From: Rhodothermales bacterium | GTDB taxonomy: Bacteria > Bacteroidota > Rhodothermia > Rhodothermales > Bin80 | Length of the DNA: 64,000 bases | Assembly: GCA_965261255.1 (NCBI GenBank) | Contig: CBDHCQ010000004.1 | Location: 2,104,076 to 2,168,075 of the forward strand | Direction: 5' to 3' | Shown here: positions 1 through 10,437 of the stretch, one piece after another | Position numbering within the stretch: the stretch's first letter is position 1 | How the letters are laid out: each line of letters begins with the position of its first letter | Position numbers and translations under genes: made by a program | Notes under the pieces: model-generated | What the model was told of the DNA's origin: nothing | Database searches by the model: none | What the model saw: only the letters and a program-made list of their open reading frames with translations

Positions 1-1117
1 GAAGGAGATTGATGAAACTGCCCAAGCTGTCGAACAGAAAAATGATCCTGAACCGGCTAGCGCAACAAGGCATGTCCTCTTCGAGGGAAACCTGGATCTT
101 GACTACCACGCCAGTGAACCGTCAGGCCCCCCGGTTGTCATGGTGGATGCCATTAACCATGCGCTTCATGAGGAAATGGCACGGGATGAGTCCATCCTGG
201 TGTATGGGGAAGATGTGGCGGGTGGTAAGGGCGGAGTCTTCACTGCCACACGCGGTCTAACCGAAAAGTTTGGAGAAAAACGGTGCTTTAACTCCCCCCT
301 GGCAGAAGCCTCTATCATCGGAACAGCAGTTGGCCTCAGTGCCGCCGGATATAAGCCCGTAGTAGAAATCCAGTTTGCCGACTATGTATGGCCGGCAATG
401 CAGCACCTGCGGAATCAGGTGCCCACGCTGCGTTACCGCTCTAATAATGCATGGTCCTGTCCGATGGTCATTCGTGTACCGTGCGGAGGCTATATCCACG
501 GCGGACCCTGTCATTCGCAGAATATTGAGAGCATTTTCGGCCATATGCCGGGATTTTGCATTGTAATGCCTTCTTCGGCCACAGATGCCAAAGGACTGCT
601 CAAGACTGCCATCCGAAGTGAGGACCCAATTATATTCCTCGAGCACAAAGCTTTGTATCGGGCGGCAAGTGCTAGAAGCCCTGAACCGGACGAAGACTAC
701 CTGATACCGCTGGGGAAGGCACGTACCGTTCGCGAAGGAACCGACTTGACAATCGTTACTTACGGCCTTATGGTGTACAAGTCCCTAATGGTTGCGAGAC
801 AGCTCTCACGAGAGAACCAGGTTTCTGTTGAGGTTATTGACCTTCGCACATTAGTGCCCCTGGACATTGAAGCCGTCCTAGCCTCCGTCCGCAAAACACA
901 CCGCCTACTGGTAGTACACGAGGATCATGAATTCCTTGGCTATGGCGGAGAGATCTGCGCCCAGATAGGTGACGTGGCGTTCAGAGATCTGGACGCGCCA
1001 GTCCGACGAGTTGGTGGAAAGTTCAGCTTCGTGCCCTTCGCAAGCCCATTGGAACAGGAAGTCCTCCCGCAAGATGAAGATATCCTGACGGCCGCCCGCT
1101 CACTCGTGGCCTGGTAG
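1..1117 (+). CDS. 2-oxoacid (branched-chain/pyruvate) dehydrogenase E1 component, beta (transketolase-like) part; 5'-partial and probably a fused alpha/beta E1
   Basis: ORF 140..1117 reads like an E1-beta subunit (FNSPLAEASIIGTAVG, VEIQFADY, IIFLEHKALY). The same frame is open from nt 2 with no stop (KEIDETAQAVEQKNDPEPASATRHVLFEG...), so the protein likely continues upstream of the window. Confidence 0.8.
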   Translation, partial: KEIDETAQAVEQKNDPEPASATRHVLFEGNLDLDYHASEPSGPPVVMVDAINHALHEEMARDESILVYGEDVAGGKGGVFTATRGLTEKFGEKRCFNSPLAEASIIGTAVGLSAAGYKPVVEIQFADYVWPAMQHLRNQVPTLRYRSNNAWSCPMVIRVPCGGYIHGGPCHSQNIESIFGHMPGFCIVMPSSATDAKGLLKTAIRSEDPIIFLEHKALYRAASARSPEPDEDYLIPLGKARTVREGTDLTIVTYGLMVYKSLMVARQLSRENQVSVEVIDLRTLVPLDIEAVLASVRKTHRLLVVHEDHEFLGYGGEICAQIGDVAFRDLDAPVRRVGGKFSFVPFASPLEQEVLPQDEDILTAARSLVAW

Positions 1118-1120
1118 CCT

Positions 1121-3571
1121 CTACTCCTCAAGAAACAGGTCCTGTACCCGTTCGGACTCTTCACCTGTCTCGTTATCCCGAACAACCAGGGTTAGCGTAT
1201 ATAGTCCCGTTTCCTGATCACTGGCGTCCAGTATCTGGTACAGATATTCTTCCGTTTGCGAGCCACTCCCCTTATAGCTTACAGATACCCCCTCTCTGTC
1301 CCGCCCGAAGATGCCCCTCACTAAACGGCGAACCCCACGGTCAGTGTTCTTGGGTTCCAGTGTAATCTCTACATCATAGTCTGTGCTTCCCTGAGCATTC
1401 AGGGCTAATCCGTAGATCTCGAAGTACAGATAAATGGGCCACTCAGCAGAATACACACTCCATGGTGCAGGCAGTATAGACAGATCTCTGCGAACGATTT
1501 CGGCGGCACCCCCAGGTATACCGTTTTCTGCCTGCTCGACAGAATAAGCAAGCATGATGTCACTCAAAATGACGCCAGGCTGATCAAAATCCGGCACCGT
1601 AATCTCCCGACGCTGAACAGCGACCGTTTGTCCGCTGGCGGTCTCAAATTCGACCGAGAGTTCATGTGTGCCTGACGGAACGCGCATCTGCTGCGTGTCA
1701 ACCCATAGATACTGTTCTGCAAACGACATCACCTGATTTGTAGGCAAACCATAAATATTTCGCGTGCGCTCAACCAGAACCTCCCTTTGATCATTTATGA
1801 GAAATGTCCCCGCACTCGCGTTCACCTCTATCATTTCGGCCGAGGGATCATAGGTAGATTCCAGCGGAATACCATAATTAACAAACAGCTCCGTTTGCTG
1901 TCCGTCTCCCTTGAATGAGCTAATCAAGAATGGCAGCTCAATCTGGCGACCTGGTGCCTCATATTCGTACCTCTGAGGAGTTTCGCGAATGATCTCTTTC
2001 GTGATGCGGATGTAGTCGTTTTCAAAACTGTTTACACGCGTCGCCGACTCCTCAGCCGACGGTGAGTACATGCGGTATTCACCGTTCCGGAACGGATCTT
2101 CAAATACAAAACGAAAATCCCCATATTCCCAGATGTTATAGGAATTCATTTCCTCAAATGCCTGACGGGCCGTTGAGTAAACATTGCCGAATGACTGGGT
2201 GCCGTCTACTGTGATCGGGGCTCCACTGATTGAATCATCGGCAGCAGAGGTCACAGAGTTGACCATAGCCCCCACAACCGCCTGACGGGCCGAAAAGATG
2301 CCATCTTCCTGAGGATGCAGAACAATATCCGAAATTGGCTTTCCGTACCGGATCAGAATCTGACCGCGCTCCGTCTCCCAGCCGCGCAGATCAAGCCCCT
2401 TGGAGCTGTATAGCAGATCCGCATACGTCAACCGGAAATAATGCTCCAGTTTACGTTCATTATAGGAGGTCAGGAATCTTGGGTCCTGACTGGCCCAATA
2501 TCGTGCTCGGTAGGCTACCGAATCGACTGCTTCCAGCTTTTTCTCATCCCGCGTCAGGAATAATCCCAAATCCTCATATGCGCGTCTCTCATTCCTGTCC
2601 ATGAACCCAAAGGCCGTCTCAAACGAGCGGTTAGCTGCGTCCATGTTGCCCATCTGATAGTTTGCCACTCCCAGATAACGCCAAAGATCAGGGTCTTCCG
2701 GGTAGAACCTGTACATCAGGTCTAGTGTGGACATGGCATCCTCATACTCTCCCTTGAGTACATATATCTGCATCATCTCGTCGTACACGCTGCGCCTCCG
2801 GGGATCGACATCAAGCGCCTTTTCCAGGTGCGCAATTGCACGCTGGTATGCCCTTTCGGCCCGCCTGCTAAGATCTAATACATCCACTCCTTGGGATCTT
2901 AACGTCTGTATATCAAACTGGTCACCCAAAAACACTTCATTCGGGTTGATGACCGGGTAATTGTTTAGATCGCCGGCAACCGAGCCGTCAATAAACTCAT
3001 CAAAGGTCGCCTCTCCCGGATCATCATAATTTGGTTCATCCGACTCCCGCCCGCTGCCTGCGTAGCCGTAGCTCACAGAGGGTAGCATAATCGCATTGCG
3101 ATACCGCCAAAAATCCCGGATATATACCCTCCCCAACTCCTCGTGTGCATGCGCATTGGATGGATCCACCTTGAGTATCTTGCGGGCTGTATCCAACCGA
3201 CGCGCCTCCCGCAAACGGTCCCCAAGAAGTCCCCAGGACCTCACTCTATATTGCTCCAAACGAGCGACTAGATACTCTACATTTTCCGGTTCAATCTCGA
3301 GCGCCTTCTCTAGCGTACGTCTGGCGCGACCTTCGTCGTACAGGGGAGTTTCAAAATAAACGCGGGAGAGCAGAAAATGCGCTTCAGCCAACTGCGGATT
3401 CTCCTGAGCAACCTGCCCAAAGACCTCCGCAGCGTCCTCATATCGCCCCTCTCTAAACGCCTGTCGGCCGGGCTCAAGTGGATCAGACTGTGCAAACACC
3501 TGCTGCGCCTCCAAGCCCAGCAGGCAAATTGCGATAAGCATCATCAACTGTTTCATGGTTATGGAAAACAA
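1121..3571 (-). CDS. Secreted TPR-repeat protein with a GWxTD-type domain
   Basis: 816-aa ORF with an N-terminal signal peptide (LLGLEAQQVFAQ). TPR-like helices sit in the N-terminal half. A GWETERGQILIRYGKP motif is typical of GWxTD-domain proteins. Confidence 0.6.
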   Translation of the reverse strand: MFSITMKQLMMLIAICLLGLEAQQVFAQSDPLEPGRQAFREGRYEDAAEVFGQVAQENPQLAEAHFLLSRVYFETPLYDEGRARRTLEKALEIEPENVEYLVARLEQYRVRSWGLLGDRLREARRLDTARKILKVDPSNAHAHEELGRVYIRDFWRYRNAIMLPSVSYGYAGSGRESDEPNYDDPGEATFDEFIDGSVAGDLNNYPVINPNEVFLGDQFDIQTLRSQGVDVLDLSRRAERAYQRAIAHLEKALDVDPRRRSVYDEMMQIYVLKGEYEDAMSTLDLMYRFYPEDPDLWRYLGVANYQMGNMDAANRSFETAFGFMDRNERRAYEDLGLFLTRDEKKLEAVDSVAYRARYWASQDPRFLTSYNERKLEHYFRLTYADLLYSSKGLDLRGWETERGQILIRYGKPISDIVLHPQEDGIFSARQAVVGAMVNSVTSAADDSISGAPITVDGTQSFGNVYSTARQAFEEMNSYNIWEYGDFRFVFEDPFRNGEYRMYSPSAEESATRVNSFENDYIRITKEIIRETPQRYEYEAPGRQIELPFLISSFKGDGQQTELFVNYGIPLESTYDPSAEMIEVNASAGTFLINDQREVLVERTRNIYGLPTNQVMSFAEQYLWVDTQQMRVPSGTHELSVEFETASGQTVAVQRREITVPDFDQPGVILSDIMLAYSVEQAENGIPGGAAEIVRRDLSILPAPWSVYSAEWPIYLYFEIYGLALNAQGSTDYDVEITLEPKNTDRGVRRLVRGIFGRDREGVSVSYKGSGSQTEEYLYQILDASDQETGLYTLTLVVRDNETGEESERVQDLFLEE

Positions 3572-3651
3572 TTTTAGACGGTAAAGTTCAGTACGAATAG
3601 ATGATCCTCAGGATCCATAAAATGTTCTACCGCAAGGATTATGCCGAGTAT

Positions 3652-4863
3652 TTACCAGACAATTCTGACAAACCTACGCTTACCAACCTTGACCAGAAAA
3701 GGCGCACGCGTGGTTACATCCAGTACAAGTCGACTGTCCGTAATACGCTGTCCGTCTATACTTACGGCTCCCTGCTGTACGAGCCTGCGGGCCGCACCAT
3801 TGGATGAGGTTAAACCAGATGAGGTCAAAAGGTTTAGAAGCCCAATCCGACCGTCTCCCTCTGGCTTGAATGAGGCTACCTCTTCCGGTATTTCCTTGCG
3901 GATAACCGTGCGCTCAAAATGCTCTCGTGCCTTTCCTGCTGCTTCAATCCCGTGATAAAAGCGCGTGATCGACAATGCTAACCGATGTTTTGCATCTCTG
4001 GGACTCTCAACGCACAGTTTGCGTATCTCCGGCAGTGTGTCCGTTTTTTCGTCACTCGCGAGTTCAAAATAGCGATAGATCAACGTATCCGGGATTGAAA
4101 GAATTTTACCGTACATGGTATCGGCTGGCTCTGCAAGTCCCACATAGTTGTCCAGTGACTTGGACATTTTCTCAACACCGTCCAATCCCTCCAAGATCGG
4201 GAGTGTAATGCAAACCTGGGGTTCCTGACCGACGCTTTTTTGCATAGTGCGCCCCATCAGTAAATTAAATTTCTGATCCGTGCCCCCCAATTCTATGTCT
4301 GCTTTTATTTCGACAGAATCCTGAGCCTGGGCCAATGGATACAAAAATTCATGTAGCCCAATGGGATCCCCTTTGGCATAGCGTCCAGCGAAATCATCCC
4401 GCTCAAGCATTCGGGCTACAGTCGATTTACCCGCCAGACGAACAACGTCCCCGAATGAAAGCTTACCCAGCCACTCAGAGTTGTATACAATGCGAATACG
4501 CTCGGAGTCTAGTATACGAGACGCCTGCTCAAAGTAAGTTTGGCCGTTACGACGTGTCTCTTCCAGTGAGAGTGCCGGGCGCATTTTCGAGCGACCACTC
4601 GCATCTCCGATCATCCCGGTAAAATCACCAACGATAAGAACCACCTCGTGCCCCAAGTCCTGGAATTGCCTGAGTTTGCGCAGCACTACAGAATGCCCCA
4701 GATGCAGATCCGGTCGGCTGGGATCACAGCCAAGCTTAACAACAAGCGGTTTGCCCGTGCGTGTTGCATGCAATAGTTTTGTGCGCAACTCTTCTTCTGG
4801 AATGATCTCCTCCACACCACGCTTCAGATGCAGAAGTTGGTCGTCTACCGGCAAAAAGTGCAT
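3652..4863 (-). CDS. tyrS: Tyrosine--tRNA ligase
   Basis: Class I signatures are present: HIGH-type DLHLGH and KMSKS (KMSKSLDNY). The C-terminus carries an S4-like domain. Length is 403 aa. Confidence 0.9.
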   Translation of the reverse strand: MHFLPVDDQLLHLKRGVEEIIPEEELRTKLLHATRTGKPLVVKLGCDPSRPDLHLGHSVVLRKLRQFQDLGHEVVLIVGDFTGMIGDASGRSKMRPALSLEETRRNGQTYFEQASRILDSERIRIVYNSEWLGKLSFGDVVRLAGKSTVARMLERDDFAGRYAKGDPIGLHEFLYPLAQAQDSVEIKADIELGGTDQKFNLLMGRTMQKSVGQEPQVCITLPILEGLDGVEKMSKSLDNYVGLAEPADTMYGKILSIPDTLIYRYFELASDEKTDTLPEIRKLCVESPRDAKHRLALSITRFYHGIEAAGKAREHFERTVIRKEIPEEVASFKPEGDGRIGLLNLLTSSGLTSSNGAARRLVQQGAVSIDGQRITDSRLVLDVTTRAPFLVKVGKRRFVRIVW

Positions 4864-4884
4864 ACTAAAATTCGGTTATCAGAT

Positions 4885-5340
4885 CTAATATTGCTTTAGC
4901 CTGCGTTCTAATTGACGTTTTGTATCCCGTTCAGCCATATCTGCCCGCTTATCAAAGAGCTGCTTACCCCGTGCTATTCCAATCTCAGCCTTAATCTTGC
5001 CATTTCTCAGATACAGTCTGAGGGGAATGAGCGTATTTCCTTTTTGCTCAACCGCCTTTTGCAATCGGGCAATTTCTCTACGGTGAAGAAGAAGTTTACG
5101 AGGGCGAACCGGGTCATGATTGTTCAAGTTTCCGTGTTTGTAATGAGAAATGTGGGCATCAACCAGGAACGCCTCTCCATTATCAATCCTGCACCATGCC
5201 TCCGCTAAGCTCACCCGACCAGCCCGAATTGACTTTACCTCAGTACCTACCAATACAAGCCCGGCTTCAAGGGTGTCAAGAATATGATACGATCGCCGTG
5301 CCCGACGATTACTTACCAGCGTCGAGTTCGCTTTTCCCAT
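4885..5340 (-). CDS. smpB: SsrA-binding protein SmpB
   Basis: 151 aa with typical SmpB sequence (NRRARRSYHILDTLEAGLVLVGTEVKS...LLLHRREI). Confidence 0.9.
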   Translation of the reverse strand: MGKANSTLVSNRRARRSYHILDTLEAGLVLVGTEVKSIRAGRVSLAEAWCRIDNGEAFLVDAHISHYKHGNLNNHDPVRPRKLLLHRREIARLQKAVEQKGNTLIPLRLYLRNGKIKAEIGIARGKQLFDKRADMAERDTKRQLERRLKQY

Positions 5341-5351
5341 CGCGTACTCCC

Positions 5352-6140
5352 CTATAGGTCAAGCTGCCTTGCATCCTGCCCCCACACTGGTATATCCTGA
5401 TGTCCGGCAACATCATTCGGCTCAAATATTGTCAATGGTACGAGATCCTCAGTGATACCGTAATAATACATGTACTCCCGGATTGCAGTCAGTCCGGCTA
5501 CGGTTACATCATCCAGGCGCAACCGCAGGCTTCCGCCAAAGAACTGGTCTGCATGCGACAATGAACGAGTTCCCCATTCGTGCGCAACATTTTCGGCCTC
5601 TTTGGTAAGTGTGGTCAACATCTCAACCATCGAGTCAGTTGCAGTTTCTTTCAGGCAGGCATACAAACCCCAAATCATCGGGTACTGCGAAAGTTCGTAC
5701 CACTCCTGTCCCAAATCCAGCGTAGCTGGATCGTCTGCCTGATCTAGCGAAGCCGCTCCGGTTAACAACTTGATGTCTGCTGTGCCGTTTGACGTCAACG
5801 TAATATCTCGTCCGTAGTGCTCTTTAAGTATCACTCTCGACATGAAAGCCTCCAAACCCTGCTCAGAAGTACATTCGAGTGTTTCCGCCTGCTGTAAATC
5901 CCGGCGTAAACGCATCCGTGCAAATGGATACCCCCATGAAGATACCGCCCCGCCCGGTACGATATCCAGTTCATCGGCGGCCAATGCTACCGTCACAGGT
6001 AAAAGAGCAACATCAACCTGCCGCTGACCCAACAACTCCACACAAACTGCTCCAGGTTGCCGTTCAGCGTCAATAGAGAGTGTCCTGGCCGCAAGCTCAA
6101 GACACTCAGTCGGTGGAAAATCCCAAAATGCCAACTGCAT
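5352..6140 (-). CDS. MqnA/MqnD-family (futalosine-pathway, periplasmic-binding-protein-fold) protein, tentative
   Basis: 262 aa with loose similarity to the chorismate dehydratase MqnA pattern (LLGQRQVDVALLPVTVAL...IVPGGAVSS). The call is from memory of the family only. Confidence 0.4.
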   Translation of the reverse strand: MQLAFWDFPPTECLELAARTLSIDAERQPGAVCVELLGQRQVDVALLPVTVALAADELDIVPGGAVSSWGYPFARMRLRRDLQQAETLECTSEQGLEAFMSRVILKEHYGRDITLTSNGTADIKLLTGAASLDQADDPATLDLGQEWYELSQYPMIWGLYACLKETATDSMVEMLTTLTKEAENVAHEWGTRSLSHADQFFGGSLRLRLDDVTVAGLTAIREYMYYYGITEDLVPLTIFEPNDVAGHQDIPVWGQDARQLDL

Positions 6141-6149
6141 CAGCAGTAC

Positions 6150-6509
6150 TCAGGAGTCGCGCATGCGCTCCTTGATACGAGCGGCCTTGCCACGCAAAGT
6201 GCGCAGATAATACAGCTTCGCACGACGCACCTTTCCACGGCGCTTGACCTCTACGCGTGCAATCCGCGGAGAATGGAACGGGAATATGCGCTCAACTCCT
6301 ACACCACCGGAAATTTTCCTGACAGTAAACGTCCTGTTGGCACCTCCCCCACGAATAGAAATTACCGCACCTTGAAAAACCTGTATGCGCTCCTTCTCAC
6401 CTTCAATCACACGCAGGTGTACAGCTATCGTATCCCCCGGTTCAAAGTCCGGTAGCGGGTTTTCGCGTAACTGGGTGGCTTCCACAATCTTCAATAAATT
6501 TTTAGCCAT
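6150..6509 (-). CDS. rplS: 50S ribosomal protein L19
   Basis: The conserved L19 sequence begins at [13 protein letters not shown] (ATG at 6509). The 202-aa track ORF extends upstream into trmD and is an artefact. Confidence 0.9.
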   Translation of the reverse strand: MAKNLLKIVEATQLRENPLPDFEPGDTIAVHLRVIEGEKERIQVFQGAVISIRGGGANRTFTVRKISGGVGVERIFPFHSPRIARVEVKRRGKVRRAKLYYLRTLRGKAARIKERMRDS

Positions 6510-6528
6510 TGTTCTAAGGGTGTAACCT

Positions 6529-7215
6529 TCACGTTTTTTCTCGTGCGACGTACTGCTGCCAGAGATCCGGGCGCCGCTCCCGGGTACGCTGTTGTCGAAT
6601 CTCCTCACGCCACTCAGCAATGCTGCTGTGATTCCCGCTGCAAAGAACTTCTGGAACCTTAAGTCCTCGAAATGACGCCGGACGTGTATAAGTCGGAGCA
6701 CCAAGCAATCCATCCTGAAATGAATCTTCAAGCGCGGACTGGGCGTCTCCAAGAACACCCGGAATCAACCGGGCCACAGCATCAGCTACCAGAAGTGCAG
6801 GTAACTCGCCACCACTTAATACATAATCCCCGACCGATACCTCGCGTGTCACCAGCACTTCACGTACACGGTGATCTATCCCCTTGTAGTGCCCGGCAAT
6901 CAATACAATATGCTTCTTCAATGATAAAGAATTTGCCAACGCTTGTGTAAGGGGTTCACCATCCGGACTCAAATAGATAACTTCGTCTGGTGGATCACCG
7001 AGTGCTTCTATGCAGGTGAAGATGGGCTCGGGTTTGAGTACCATACCCGCTCCTCCTCCATAGGGATAATCATCAATCTGTTTGTGTTGTCCCTCGGCAT
7101 ACGAACCCAGGTCATGCACATGCAATGCGATCTTATCTTTCGCCCGACGAAGAACAGTTAAATCCACTGCTCTCTTGACATGGACTGGCAATGCTGTCAG
7201 AATATCAATGCGCAT
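6529..7215 (-). CDS. trmD: tRNA (guanine37-N1)-methyltransferase
   Basis: Begins MRIDILT and carries [16 protein letters not shown] and [11 protein letters not shown] motifs. It sits in the conserved rimM-trmD-rplS order. Confidence 0.9.
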   Translation of the reverse strand: MRIDILTALPVHVKRAVDLTVLRRAKDKIALHVHDLGSYAEGQHKQIDDYPYGGGAGMVLKPEPIFTCIEALGDPPDEVIYLSPDGEPLTQALANSLSLKKHIVLIAGHYKGIDHRVREVLVTREVSVGDYVLSGGELPALLVADAVARLIPGVLGDAQSALEDSFQDGLLGAPTYTRPASFRGLKVPEVLCSGNHSSIAEWREEIRQQRTRERRPDLWQQYVAREKT

Positions 7216-7226
7216 GGGAACTCACC

Positions 7227-7769
7227 TCAGTCCAGTAAACCGTCTACCGGCCGAATGACGATACGTCCAATACTAGCATCCACAGTCATTACAAACTCCG
7301 GCACAGCCGGAATCAGGGCATCCTGTTTTCCGGGACGCTCAACTACATACATATCATAGCTTGGCGCATCCAGAATATCTTTCAGCCTTCCGACTGGCGC
7401 ACCATCATCCGTCACAACTTCGGCACCCACAAGGTCATGCAGGAAAAACTCTCCCGGCTGCAAGGGCGGTAAGTCCTCCAGTTGTGCGAACACCGGAAGC
7501 TTTCCGAGGGCCTGCACATCGTTCACCGTATGTATTCCTGAAAATCGCATCAGGGCTGTAATGCCACGCTTGGACGTTTGAAACCGGACGCTTTCCACCT
7601 CGTACGGAAGTGCCGTCTGCGGTGTTAGTCCGATCCATAATCGTTTAAGATTCAGTAACCGGTTTGGATCATCGGATTCAGGTACAACCTTACATTCGCC
7701 CTTAAGCCCGTGGGCTTTGGCGATCCGTCCGACTATCAGTAAGTTTTCCCACGAGGACGAATCCATCAA
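7227..7769 (-). CDS. rimM: 16S rRNA processing protein RimM
   Basis: Carries the GRIAKAHGLKGECKV motif and a PRC-barrel-like C-terminus. Synteny with rpsP and trmD supports the call. Confidence 0.85.
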   Translation of the reverse strand: MMDSSSWENLLIVGRIAKAHGLKGECKVVPESDDPNRLLNLKRLWIGLTPQTALPYEVESVRFQTSKRGITALMRFSGIHTVNDVQALGKLPVFAQLEDLPPLQPGEFFLHDLVGAEVVTDDGAPVGRLKDILDAPSYDMYVVERPGKQDALIPAVPEFVMTVDASIGRIVIRPVDGLLD

Positions 7770-7787
7770 AAAGTCAGTACTACCTGA

Positions 7788-8321
7788 CTAAGTCTCTTCG
7801 GCCTCTTCGGCCTCTTGAGCAGCTTGCTGGGCTTCGTCCTCCTGGCGAGCTTTTTCTTTCGCGGCAGCTTTCTCGGCTGCAGCTTTCTTCCGCTTTTCAA
7901 ACAATTCCGCCTCTTTCTTCACCGCCGCCTCAGTCTCAACAACAAGTGCCTTATGGCGCCGGTCAGCCGGAGTCGTTTTTGCCGTGGCGACCAACCTGTC
8001 CTCCCGGTGCTGCCGATGCGCAGCAACGGCTTCGGTGATAGCTTCTGATTCAACTCCCTTGCGCTCCAGATGCAATCCTAAAAGCACTCCCCGCCGACTC
8101 AGCAGATTACGGACGGTATTGGTCGGTTGAGCACCAACCTTTAGCCAGTGCTTTACGCGATCTTCTCTGAGTTCAACGCGTGAAGGCTCTTCCTGAGGAT
8201 AGTAACGTCCCAGGTCCTCTATGAATTTGCCATCTCGCGGTGCTCGCGAATCGGCGGCCACTACGGCCCAAATTGGTTTTTTCTTGCGCCCCATACGGCG
8301 CAATCTGATTTTGACTGCCAC
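7788..8321 (-). CDS. rpsP: 30S ribosomal protein S16 with a long K/A/E-rich C-terminal extension
   Basis: The N-terminus [35 protein letters not shown] is canonical S16. About 90 extra residues follow, rich in A, K and E. Confidence 0.9.
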   Translation of the reverse strand: MAVKIRLRRMGRKKKPIWAVVAADSRAPRDGKFIEDLGRYYPQEEPSRVELREDRVKHWLKVGAQPTNTVRNLLSRRGVLLGLHLERKGVESEAITEAVAAHRQHREDRLVATAKTTPADRRHKALVVETEAAVKKEAELFEKRKKAAAEKAAAKEKARQEDEAQQAAQEAEEAEET

Positions 8322-8346
8322 GCTCTCGGTTCTAGTTTATTGATTG

Positions 8347-9708
8347 TTAACGCATTGCCGACTGCAGCAACGCGGATAAGTCTACTTTCTTGCCTTTTTT
8401 GCCCATAGTCCGCTGCATGCGCTTCATGAGCTTTCGCAACTGCCTGAACTGGCGCAGGAGTTGATTAATGTCTCTGACCGCCAAGCCACTCCCCTGTGCA
8501 ATACGACGCCTGCGACTACTGTCTATTGAGTCGGGATGTCTGCGTTCCCAGGGCGTCATACTCTGAATCGCAGCTTCTACCTTCATAATCTCCTGCTCCT
8601 CCGCTTCCATATTCATTGATTGCTTCCCCATCCCGGGAAGCATCCCTGCGACCTCCGACAGCGATCCCATGGATCTGACTTTCTGGAGCTGCTGATAATA
8701 GTCTTCGAGATCAAAGGTCGCTTTCCGTATTTTCCGACGCAGCGTCTCGGCCTGGGCCACATCGTATTGCTCCTGCGCCTTTTCGACGAGTGTCACCACA
8801 TCGCCCATCCTAAGGATGCGCCGTGCCATCCTGTCGGGGAAAAAGGGGAGCAGCTGATCAAGCTTCTCCCCGGTCGAAGCAAACTTTATGGGCTTATTAA
8901 CGACTGACCTTACAGACAATGCCGCGCCCCCACGCGCATCGCCATCCAACTTAGTCAATACTACGCCGTCAAAATTAAGGCGATTATTGAATTCCTTCGC
9001 AGTATTGACGGCATCCTGTCCTGTCATGCTGTCCACAACAAACAGGATCTCACTGGGCTGGGAAAGGCGCTTTATTTCTTCCACTTCAGCCATCATGCGC
9101 GCATCAACATGCATCCGACCCGCCGTATCAATAATCACAGTATCGCGCGCCTGCTTTCTGGCATATGCAACAGCTTCCTGAGCTACGCGCGGAGCGTCCT
9201 GAACCACAGTACCGTCGTCCGCTGTTATGCTGTATACAGGTACATCCGCCTCCTCTCCAAGCCGGTTCAGTTGATCTACAGCTGCCGGTCTATATACATC
9301 CGCCGCCGCCAGCATTGGAACACGTCCCTTGGATTGGAGGTGCAGGGCAAGTTTTGCGCTAAATGTCGTCTTACCTGATCCCTGGAGACCTGCGATCAGT
9401 ATAACTGCCGGAGGACTGCTTCCTAGGTTTATCTCAGCGGCATCTCCTCCCAGAAGCCGGACAAGCTCGTCATAAACGATCTTGACGATCATCTGTCCGG
9501 GTTCGACGGAGCGTAGGACCCGTTCACCGAGTGCCTTCTCCTGGACGCTGTTGGCAAAGGTACGGGCAATCTGGTAGTTCACGTCCGCTTCCAGAAGAGC
9601 ACGACGTATGCCCCGCATGGACTCCGCGACATTGGCCTCGGTAATACGGCCTCGGCCGGTAAGGTCCTTAATAACCCCTTCTAAGCGTTGGGAGAGATTC
9701 TCAAACAT
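8347..9708 (-). CDS. ffh: Signal recognition particle protein Ffh
   Basis: Carries an NG domain (GLQGSGKTT, DTAGR, TKLDGDARGG) and a Met-rich M domain. Confidence 0.95.
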   Translation of the reverse strand: MFENLSQRLEGVIKDLTGRGRITEANVAESMRGIRRALLEADVNYQIARTFANSVQEKALGERVLRSVEPGQMIVKIVYDELVRLLGGDAAEINLGSSPPAVILIAGLQGSGKTTFSAKLALHLQSKGRVPMLAAADVYRPAAVDQLNRLGEEADVPVYSITADDGTVVQDAPRVAQEAVAYARKQARDTVIIDTAGRMHVDARMMAEVEEIKRLSQPSEILFVVDSMTGQDAVNTAKEFNNRLNFDGVVLTKLDGDARGGAALSVRSVVNKPIKFASTGEKLDQLLPFFPDRMARRILRMGDVVTLVEKAQEQYDVAQAETLRRKIRKATFDLEDYYQQLQKVRSMGSLSEVAGMLPGMGKQSMNMEAEEQEIMKVEAAIQSMTPWERRHPDSIDSSRRRRIAQGSGLAVRDINQLLRQFRQLRKLMKRMQRTMGKKGKKVDLSALLQSAMR

Positions 9709-9852
9709 GAACGTTTTCTAACACTGAAAACTGGGTATCGCAGCAAATCTGCGAGAAACAGCACACGTTAACGACTTTATCGCGCACTTGATCATTTAAG
9801 CACGCTTATATGCTTGTTTTTCACATATTTTCCCTTGATCTGCACCCATTAA

Positions 9853-10437
9853 GTGATGGTACCCAGTAAATCCACACTGCGCAGCCAGTGTCGCACTGCT
9901 CGACAAAGCCTGACAGAGGAAGAATACCGCTCTGAATCCCGGCTGATTGTCGCACGGGCAACATCTCTACCACAATTATTAGAGGCACGAACTGTACTGT
10001 CGTACTGGCCAAAGATTGAAGCGCGTGAAATTGATATCCGCCCTCTCAATAGCTGGCTGCGAGCACGAGGAAATACTGTACTCTTACCCATCATTGAACC
10101 ATACTCGAAGCGCCCTCGTATGCATTGGGGGTGCTTTGATCATGAACGCGGCTTTGTAGCAAACCGCTGGGATATATCTGAGCCGGCAAGCCGTTCAGAT
10201 ATCCCCGCAGAAGACATTGATCTGGTCGTTGTTCCGGGTCTCGGGTTTGATCTCTCTGGACACCGGATTGGTTATGGTGGAGGATTCTATGACACACTGT
10301 TTGAGTATGTTGATTCGTTTAAGCTTGGCATGGTAATTGACGACTGTTTATTGAATCATCTTCCAGCTGATCCACACGATGTACCCGTTAACTGCGTAGT
10401 TACCGGCTCAAGAACGCTTACGCTCCACCGGCAATAA
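9853..10437 (+). CDS. 5-formyltetrahydrofolate cyclo-ligase
   Basis: 194 aa with VVPGLGFD...GHRIGYGGGFYD, characteristic of the MTHFS family. Confidence 0.8.
   Translation: MMVPSKSTLRSQCRTARQSLTEEEYRSESRLIVARATSLPQLLEARTVLSYWPKIEAREIDIRPLNSWLRARGNTVLLPIIEPYSKRPRMHWGCFDHERGFVANRWDISEPASRSDIPAEDIDLVVVPGLGFDLSGHRIGYGGGFYDTLFEYVDSFKLGMVIDDCLLNHLPADPHDVPVNCVVTGSRTLTLHRQ

Noticed and set aside
9-260. An 83-aa + strand ORF at the window start.
   Set aside because: It is out of frame with, and overlapped by, the E1 dehydrogenase reading frame, which is open from nt 2 and has clear homology-type motifs.
6510-6758. An N-terminal 83-aa extension of the L19 ORF (track ORF 6150..6758).
   Set aside because: The extension overlaps the 3' end of trmD and has no L19 similarity. 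The conserved L19 sequence starts at the ATG at 6509.
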